DNA from: Gammaproteobacteria bacterium
GTDB taxonomy: Bacteria; Pseudomonadota; Gammaproteobacteria; Eutrophobiales; Eutrophobiaceae
Assembly (NCBI GenBank): GCA_021773245.1
Contig: JAJFKK010000038.1
Location: 102-64,101, forward strand
Direction: 5' to 3'
Length of the DNA: 64,000 nucleotides
Position numbers and translations under genes: made by a program. Shown here piece after piece: positions 41,264 through 47,427 of this stretch. The notes beneath the pieces were generated by a model. The model was not told the origin of the DNA, made no database searches, and saw only the letters and a list, made by a program, of their open reading frames with translations. Position 1 is the first letter of the stretch; every line of letters begins with the position of its first letter.

Positions 41264-41548
41264 TTAATTAATATTTTCTGTACGATATTTCTCTGCGGCA
41301 CGACGAAGCTTGGCATTGGGTGCTGGTGGATTAGTAAGGGCATTTAGAAAGACATCGCGTCCTTCATTGTTCAACTCAATTCGCTCTTGTTGTTCAATTA
41401 ATCTGGTTGCTCTATCCCGAACTGATTCAATCATGAAAGCACTCATTGTTGTTCCTGCAACCTCGGCAGCACGCGCGACCAATGCCTTGATATCTGCACT
41501 TATGCGTAAATCAAATCGTTCATCTCTACTATGATTGTCATTCTTCAT
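41264..41548 (-). CDS. DUF1778 RHH antitoxin (TacA/KacA-like)
   Basis: 94 aa; R.ERFDLRIS...K.L..RAA...G.T...F; pairs with the GNAT toxin. Confidence 0.8.
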   Translation of the reverse strand: MKNDNHSRDERFDLRISADIKALVARAAEVAGTTMSAFMIESVRDRATRLIEQQERIELNNEGRDVFLNALTNPPAPNAKLRRAAEKYRTENIN

Positions 41549-41586
41549 TTTGAAACTCGTAATAATCGGGAAATAACAAAAGTATA

Positions 41587-41610
41587 GTATATGTACGGTA
41601 TATGTACATA
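41587..41610. promoter_or_regulatory. Possible operator in the tacA / parD divergent intergenic region
   Basis: Tandem GTATATGTAC G GTATATGTAC ending in the perfect palindrome TATGTACATA; function inferred only from position. Confidence 0.3.
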
Positions 41611-41719
41611 CAAATATTACTGTCTTTTAGTAAATCCATTACATAAAACTACAAAATTGCAATGAATAGTCTATTTTACTAATATTAAATAATACTATTT
41701 ATGAATATTGGTAATTATT

Positions 41720-41998
41720 ATGGCTAATACAAGCTTGACGCTAGGTAAGCATTGGGAATCCTTTATTAAGGAGAAGATCTCTAATGGTCGATATGGCTCA
41801 GCCAGTGAGTTGGTTCGCGATTCACTGCGTTTACTCGAAGAACGCGATGTTAAGTTAGAAGCTCTGCGTGCGGCACTTATTGAAGGAGAAGAAAGTGGGA
41901 CAGCAGGTAAACTGGATATTGAATCAATAAACGTAAGGGAAGAGAAAACAAGTAATGTTGTAACTAACAAAAAAATACTAAAAAAAATAAACAAATAA
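41720..41998 (+). CDS. parD: ParD-family antitoxin, orphan (no parE downstream)
   Basis: MANTSLTLG.HWE.FI...I..GRYGSASELVRDSLRLLEER...LEALRAALIEGE.SG; the next gene is ppnN 25 nt downstream. Confidence 0.75.
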   Translation: MANTSLTLGKHWESFIKEKISNGRYGSASELVRDSLRLLEERDVKLEALRAALIEGEESGTAGKLDIESINVREEKTSNVVTNKKILKKINK

Positions 41999-42022
41999 GA
42001 ATAATTAACAATAAATTAAAAT

Positions 42023-43393
42023 ATGAAACCAGAAACGATAGACAGTGTTATTTCGCCGGTTAAAGGCATGGATATATTGTCCAGGATTGAAGTCAGTCAC
42101 TTACTGGATAATAGTCAGAACGGTCTTTATTCAATATTTAGAAATTGTGCCTTAGCCGTTCTCAACAGTGGCGTTGCTATTGATGACAGTAAACAATTAT
42201 TTGAAAAGTATGCTGACTTTGATATCCGTGTTGTTCAGGTCGAAAGAGGGATAAAGCTGCAATTAACGGCGGCACCAGCGACAGCCTTTGTCGACGGTAA
42301 AATCATACGCGGTATTAAAGAACATCTATATGCCGTATTGCGCGACATTGTTTATATCTTTGAAGAAATTAAAGATAAGACCGATGTTGACCTGAATACC
42401 TCCGAAGGAATTAGTAATGCTGTTTTTCATATCTTGCGTAATGCGGATGTATTGCACGGCGGCGTCGAACCCAATCTTGTCGTTTGTTGGGGTGGACATG
42501 CGATTAGTCGAGAAGAATATGACTATGATAAGGAAGTCGGTTACGAATTAGGCTTGCGCAAATTTGATATTTGTACCGGTTGTGGTCCCGGTGCGATGAA
42601 AGCACCAATGAAAGGTGCCAATGTCGCCCATGCGAAACAGCGTGTTAAAAAAGGAATTTATCTCGGCATTACCGAGCCGGGAATCATAGCGGCAGAGTCA
42701 CCTAATCCCATAGTGAATAATTTGGTTATTATGCCGGATATAGAAAAGCGTCTCGAAGCTTTTGTCCGCTGTGCACATGCTATTATCGTTTTCCCGGGTG
42801 GTGTCGGTACCACAGAAGAAATATTATATTTACTCGGAATTTTACTGCATCCAGATAATGCAAAAATACCCTTTCCTTTAATCTTTACCGGGCCGGAATC
42901 TTCCAGAGACTATTTTGAAAAAATAAATGAATTCATTTCAGCAACACTCGGCCCAGAGGCGCAAAAGCATTATCAAATTATTATTAACGATCCAATTGCA
43001 GTAGCCAGAGAAGTAAAAAAAGGCATAGCCGAAGTAAAAGAGTTTCGAGTTGAACATGGCGATGCATTCTATTTTAACTGGCTATTAAAGATACAACGTG
43101 AGTTTCAGCTTCCCTTCATTGCCGACCATGACAATATGCGTTCATTAGAATTATACAAAGATATGCAGGTACACATCTTGGCTGCAAACCTACGCCGGGC
43201 ATTTTCAGGCATCGTCGCCGGCAATGTTAAAAGCGAAGGCATGCGCGAGATAGAAGAACACGGCTTATTCGAAATACATGGCGATGAACAGATTATGAAT
43301 GCAATGGATAGCTTATTAAGCGCATTCGTTGAACAAAAACGCATGAAAGTGTCTGCAGAAAGCTACAAACCTTGTTATCGGATTGTTAAGTAA
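42023..43393 (+). CDS. ppnN: Nucleotide 5'-monophosphate nucleosidase PpnN (LOG family, YgdH)
   Basis: 456 aa; colinear with my recollection of E. coli PpnN (VVCWGGH.I, ICTGCGPGAM.APMKGA, IMPDIEKRLEAFVR, FPGGVGT.EE.LYLLGIL, LRRAFSGIVAGNVK). Confidence 0.9.
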   Translation: MKPETIDSVISPVKGMDILSRIEVSHLLDNSQNGLYSIFRNCALAVLNSGVAIDDSKQLFEKYADFDIRVVQVERGIKLQLTAAPATAFVDGKIIRGIKEHLYAVLRDIVYIFEEIKDKTDVDLNTSEGISNAVFHILRNADVLHGGVEPNLVVCWGGHAISREEYDYDKEVGYELGLRKFDICTGCGPGAMKAPMKGANVAHAKQRVKKGIYLGITEPGIIAAESPNPIVNNLVIMPDIEKRLEAFVRCAHAIIVFPGGVGTTEEILYLLGILLHPDNAKIPFPLIFTGPESSRDYFEKINEFISATLGPEAQKHYQIIINDPIAVAREVKKGIAEVKEFRVEHGDAFYFNWLLKIQREFQLPFIADHDNMRSLELYKDMQVHILAANLRRAFSGIVAGNVKSEGMREIEEHGLFEIHGDEQIMNAMDSLLSAFVEQKRMKVSAESYKPCYRIVK

Positions 43394-43435
43394 CGGTTAA
43401 AGCTCCGAATTCACACCACCAAAAGTACATGTTCG

Positions 43436-43469
43436 CTTTAAAACTTTAGCTAAATCAGACAAAGTAAAT
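43436..43469 (+). repeat. 34-nt junction motif, copy c
   Basis: CTTTAAAACTTTAGCTAAATCAGACAAAGTAAAT, 43 nt downstream of the ppnN stop. Confidence 0.6.
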
Positions 43470-43743
43470 CGTAGGAAAAATATATTTAAATTGTGATGAA
43501 AACAGCCCACCCTGATTTTCTTAACTAAGATGCACAATGGACTTCTGGTTTTTTATTAGTTTGTAATATCTCCAATGTACTCATAAACATCATCATCAAT
43601 TTCTATAGTATTCATAATTTTTTACCTCACTAATAGAATAATTAGAGCACTCTAATTACTTAAAACTATCAATATAGATAATATTTATACGTATATTGTG
43701 TATAAACATTGACAAATATAAATATATATCAATACTTATACAC

Positions 43744-44352
43744 ATGTCTGAATCAATTAAAATTGCTGAAAAAATAATAGAACTCGCTAAAGAACAAGGA
43801 GTTATCCAAGTTCGTGATCTACGAGAAAGAGATATACACCCTGAATATCTTCGGCGGCTTTGCGAAAAAGGTAGCCTTGTGAAACTAGCCAGAGGGCAAT
43901 ATGCGCTTCCTGATCTAAATATTAGCGAAAATCATAGTCTGGTCCTAACTGCAAAATCAGCACCTAATGCAATCATATGTCTGGTATCTGCACTGCGCTT
44001 TCATAATATAGGAACTCAAGCGCCTTATGAGATTTGGATTGCCATAAAAAATAGAACAGCCAAACCTCAGGTCAGATATCCTAAGATTCGAGTTTTTTAT
44101 TACTCAGGAATGGCGTATTCAGAAGGCGTCGAAGAACACATAATCGAAAGAGTGAATGTAAAAATATACAGTCCGGCAAAAACAATTGCAGATTGTTTTA
44201 AATATCGAAATAAAATCGGAATTGATGTGGCTATTGAAGCACTACGTGATGGATGGCATGAAAATAAATTCAATATGGATGAACTATGGCATTACGCAAA
44301 AATATGTCGTGTGGCTAATATTATGAAACCCTATCTGGAATCGCTAACATGA
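43744..44352 (+). CDS. abiEi: AbiEi-family type IV antitoxin/transcriptional regulator
   Basis: Start at MSESIK; wHTH (VIQVRDL......PEYLRRL...G.L.KLARG.Y.L) typical of AbiEi; 4-nt overlap with abiEii. Confidence 0.8.
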   Translation: MSESIKIAEKIIELAKEQGVIQVRDLRERDIHPEYLRRLCEKGSLVKLARGQYALPDLNISENHSLVLTAKSAPNAIICLVSALRFHNIGTQAPYEIWIAIKNRTAKPQVRYPKIRVFYYSGMAYSEGVEEHIIERVNVKIYSPAKTIADCFKYRNKIGIDVAIEALRDGWHENKFNMDELWHYAKICRVANIMKPYLESLT

Positions 44353-45225
44353 CTAAGGAAGCAAAAAAGGATATTGCAGCTTCAGTACGGCAACGATTAT
44401 TAAATATAGCCAAAGAACAAGAAGAAGATTTTAATTTAATTCTGACGCGATATGGATTGGAGCGAATGCTCTATCGATTAAGTCAATCAGAATGGCGGGA
44501 TAAATTTTTACTTAAAGGAGCGATGTTATTTGCGCTCTGGCATGATGAACCACATCGACCTACACGCGATGCTGACTTTTTAGGTTTTGTAAATCCCGAC
44601 ATTGATAACATAACAGCCATCTTTCAATCCTTATGTAGTATTACTGTAGATGATGATGGATTGAAATTCGATCCAGAAACGGTGACAGCAGAAGAGATTA
44701 GAGAAAATCATGCTTATGAAGGCATTCGCGTACATTTAAGTGGAGAGCTATCTGGAGCCAAGATAATATTACAAATTGATATTGGCTTTGGTGATGTAGT
44801 AACGCCAGATCCGGATGAAATTGAATATCCAACATTATTAGATCAAGAAGTGCCGAAGCTTAAGGCTTATCCTGTATATACAGTCATTGCTGAAAAATTT
44901 GAAGCGATGATAAAGCTTGGAATGATAAATACGCGAATGAAAGATTATTTATAATCTATGGATATTGTTACAAAAATTTGAATTAGAAAGCCAGCTTCTT
45001 GAGGAAGCAATAAAAGCAACGTTCGATAGAAGAAAAACAGAAATACCAAAAGAAAAGCCTTTGGCCTTTAGCGAAGAATTTTATGATGACGATACAAAGA
45101 AAAAACAGTGGGCAGCATTCTTAAATAAAAATAGCATTAATAACACTGTGGAACTAAATGAGCTTGTTAAAAATTTAGGAGAATTTCTAATTCCAATAGT
45201 AAAAGCAATAAGCACTAAAAAATAA
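44349..45225 (+). pseudogene. abiEii: AbiEii/AbiGii nucleotidyltransferase toxin, disrupted by a frameshift near 44950
   Basis: ORFs 44349..44954 and 44965..45225 are N- and C-halves of one ~290-aa AbiEii; the other frame across the break reads KIIYNLWILL, restoring the family RMKD.YD.W motif. Confidence 0.75.
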
Positions 45226-45269
45226 TAGAAATGATTTGGTTTTCAAAAATAGTTAGATTAAAAGATAAT

Positions 45270-45443
45270 GGCAATGTTAAAAGCGAAGGCATGCGCGAGA
45301 TTGAAGAACACGGCTTATTCGAAATCCATGGCGATGAACAGATTATGAATGCAATGGACAGCTTATTAAGCGCATTCGTAGAACAAAAACGCATGAAAGT
45401 GTCTGCAAAAAGCTACAAACCTTGTTATCGAATTGTTAAGTAG
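45270..45443 (+). pseudogene. Duplicated 3' end of ppnN (last 57 codons)
   Basis: 174 nt with ~6 mismatches relative to 43220-43393; encodes GNVKSEGMREIEEHGLFEIHGDEQIMNAMDSLLSAFVEQKRMKVSAKSYKPCYRIVK. Confidence 0.9.
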
Positions 45444-45486
45444 TAGTAAATCAGATCAAATTTGCCCCATCAAGAGTACATCTACT

Positions 45487-45520
45487 CTTTAAAAATCAAC
45501 CCATATAAGGCAAAGTAAAT
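45487..45520 (+). repeat. 34-nt junction motif, copy d
   Basis: CTTTAAAAATCAACCCATATAAGGCAAAGTAAAT, same offset from the duplicated ppnN stop as copy c. Confidence 0.6.
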
Positions 45521-45572
45521 CTTTAGGGAAAACAATAATAATTAGGAACTGAAGTAGGGGAGACTTCGGATT

Positions 45573-46340
45573 ATGGATAAAAAGAACAGCCCACTAAAGG
45601 ATAAGCCTCTACGTCTTGCTGGCCAGTCTCTACAGGAAGAGATCGATAAGACCATAAATGAACAAGCACTCAATTTTATTCTCTTACCTGCATTTTTTAT
45701 CTCTTTAACTCTTTATGAAGTAATTAGATATATTCAAGGAGCAGCTCCCACCATAAGGTCAGTTACACTCTTGGGGATAGTAGCAATCATAGTCTCAGTT
45801 GTTTGTGTATTTAAGCTCGTAAAATTCAGAAAAAAAGTCAAAAACATGCGCTTGGGTCTAGATGGCGAAAAAGCCGTTGGACAGGAGTTAGAGAAACTAA
45901 GAACGCAGGGATGTATGGTCTTTCATGACATTGTCGGCGATAACTTTAATATTGATCATGTGGTTGTATCTGATAAAGGTATCTTTCTCGTTGAAACAAA
46001 AACATATTCAAAACCAAATCGTGTAAATCCAAAAGTACGTTATGAAAAAGGTAAGCTTTCTATCGATGGCTTGGGTGACATGTCAAAAATTATCACTCAG
46101 GTTAAGGCTTCTAGCACTTGGTTAAAAAGAACATTAGAAGAATCGACAGGTAAAACATTCTTAATTAAACCGGTTATTCTTTTTCCTGGATGGTTTGTTG
46201 AATCACCTAATGATTCTGAAATATGGGTTTTAGAGCCGAAACAGTTTCCTTATTATATAAGTAAGAAAAAAGAAATTGTTTCTCTGGAAGATAAGAAGTT
46301 GGCTGCGTATCATTTGAGTCGGTATATAAGGGCATTATGA
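45573..46340 (+). CDS. NERD (nuclease-related domain) protein with two N-terminal TM helices
   Basis: 255 aa; G..GE..V...L..L...G..VFHDI.....NIDHVVVS..GIFLVETK NERD pattern. Confidence 0.75.
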   Translation: MDKKNSPLKDKPLRLAGQSLQEEIDKTINEQALNFILLPAFFISLTLYEVIRYIQGAAPTIRSVTLLGIVAIIVSVVCVFKLVKFRKKVKNMRLGLDGEKAVGQELEKLRTQGCMVFHDIVGDNFNIDHVVVSDKGIFLVETKTYSKPNRVNPKVRYEKGKLSIDGLGDMSKIITQVKASSTWLKRTLEESTGKTFLIKPVILFPGWFVESPNDSEIWVLEPKQFPYYISKKKEIVSLEDKKLAAYHLSRYIRAL

Positions 46341-46351
46341 TAAGCGGTAAA

Positions 46352-46381
46352 TTCAAGATTCAAGATTCAAGACTTGACTCC
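46352..46381 (-). repeat. Heptamer-repeat / GGRGTCA site, inverted copy
   Basis: TTCAAGATTCAAGATTCAAGACTTGACTCC, i.e. (TTCAAGA)x3 then the reverse complement of GGAGTCAAG. Confidence 0.6.
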
Positions 46382-46537
46382 GATCAATGAATGCAATTAT
46401 GGATGGACAGGATGTTGAAGGGAAAATAGATGATAAGGAATTGAAATATATTAGTATTTTCATAGAGGAAAAAAAGAAAAACTAATATATAGCCTGATAG
46501 TAAATTTAAAGCGAAAGAAATAGATTAAGGAGACTGC

Positions 46538-47245
46538 ATGAATATCAAGGAACTAAGCGAAGTTCTCAAAGAGACAAACTTTCAGGAGGATATGCTTCAT
46601 AGTCTTGTGGAAAAAGGATTTGGTAGTCTACCTGCAAGAGAAACTGCTCTAACTATATTAGAGTTAATCTTGCAGCATTATCCTGAATGGAAAGATAATC
46701 CTCCCGAGGACTATGAATTAGCAAGACTTCTTCGGACTTCTCCTCGAAAAATAAGAGGCTTACGTGATGATTTGGCATATAGAGATCCTAGGAAAGATGA
46801 TGATTGGTGCTTAAACGAGCTTACAGAGTTACTGAAGGGTGCAGAGAGAATCAAGGATGGTGCATATGTTACTTTTGAAATTGATGATGGTTTAGTTAGA
46901 GATTTTGCAAGAAAATTAGTGAGAAAAAATCTTGGTGTATTCGAGTCGGGACTCAATAACACTGTAGTTAAAATATCAGGAGAGCAATTCATTGCTCTTA
47001 CTATGACTATATTGCCAGAAAGTGAATTTAAAAAGCTAGAGAAAGTATTAAGTAAAGAAATAGCCAAAGAGAAAGTTAAGGATAAAGATGTTTCGCCTAT
47101 TCGATTATTCGTTAATAGTTTTATAAAGTCGGCTGGAACTCAGGCAGGAAAGAAGAGTGTCGATTTAGCATTTACAGTCTTAACGGGCGGGTTGTCTGAC
47201 GTAAAAGATGCAATTGATTATTTAAAGGAATTAATAAAAAAATAA
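46538..47245 (+). CDS. Hypothetical protein (no recognised domain)
   Basis: 235-aa ORF with AAGGAG Shine-Dalgarno; bracketed by inverted copies of the heptamer-repeat site. Confidence 0.5.
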   Translation: MNIKELSEVLKETNFQEDMLHSLVEKGFGSLPARETALTILELILQHYPEWKDNPPEDYELARLLRTSPRKIRGLRDDLAYRDPRKDDDWCLNELTELLKGAERIKDGAYVTFEIDDGLVRDFARKLVRKNLGVFESGLNNTVVKISGEQFIALTMTILPESEFKKLEKVLSKEIAKEKVKDKDVSPIRLFVNSFIKSAGTQAGKKSVDLAFTVLTGGLSDVKDAIDYLKELIKK

Positions 47246-47308
47246 GGTAAATCTAATTTGATATTTATTAAGCTATGGATATTAACGATTTAGAAGTAGG
47301 TCAGAGAT

Positions 47309-47337
47309 GCGGGGTCAGCTCTTGAATCTTGAAATTC
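47309..47337 (+). repeat. Heptamer-repeat / GGGGTCAG site, unoccupied copy
   Basis: GCGGGGTCAGCTCTTGAATCTTGAAATTC; same sequence class as the site split by the IS110 element at 58281/59452. Confidence 0.6.
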
Positions 47338-47427
47338 TTACCCAAGAGATTGTTGAACAGCTTGAAGCCGCGTTGGAAGCGTTGAATCAGCTTTAATCAT
47401 ATCAGAGGATTAGGCTTAGGGGGATAT

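Noticed and set aside
36923-45520. 34-nt junction motif interpreted as integron attC sites separating cassettes (TA-rich cassette array as in Vibrio superintegrons)
   Set aside because: There is no intI gene and no R/L core sites or imperfect palindrome typical of attC. The intervening genes include housekeeping mltC, ychJ and ppnN.
47311-47348. GGGGTCAG... sites interpreted as Tn3-family 38-bp terminal inverted repeats (the IS1111-type elements IS4321/IS5075 are known to target such IRs)
   Set aside because: No Tn3 transposase or resolvase is in the window. Copies at 47311 and 58283 are in direct rather than inverted orientation around the gene block. The sequence is dominated by a TTCAAGA heptamer repeat and lacks the usual internal TAAG end. 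The idea is kept only as a remote possibility.
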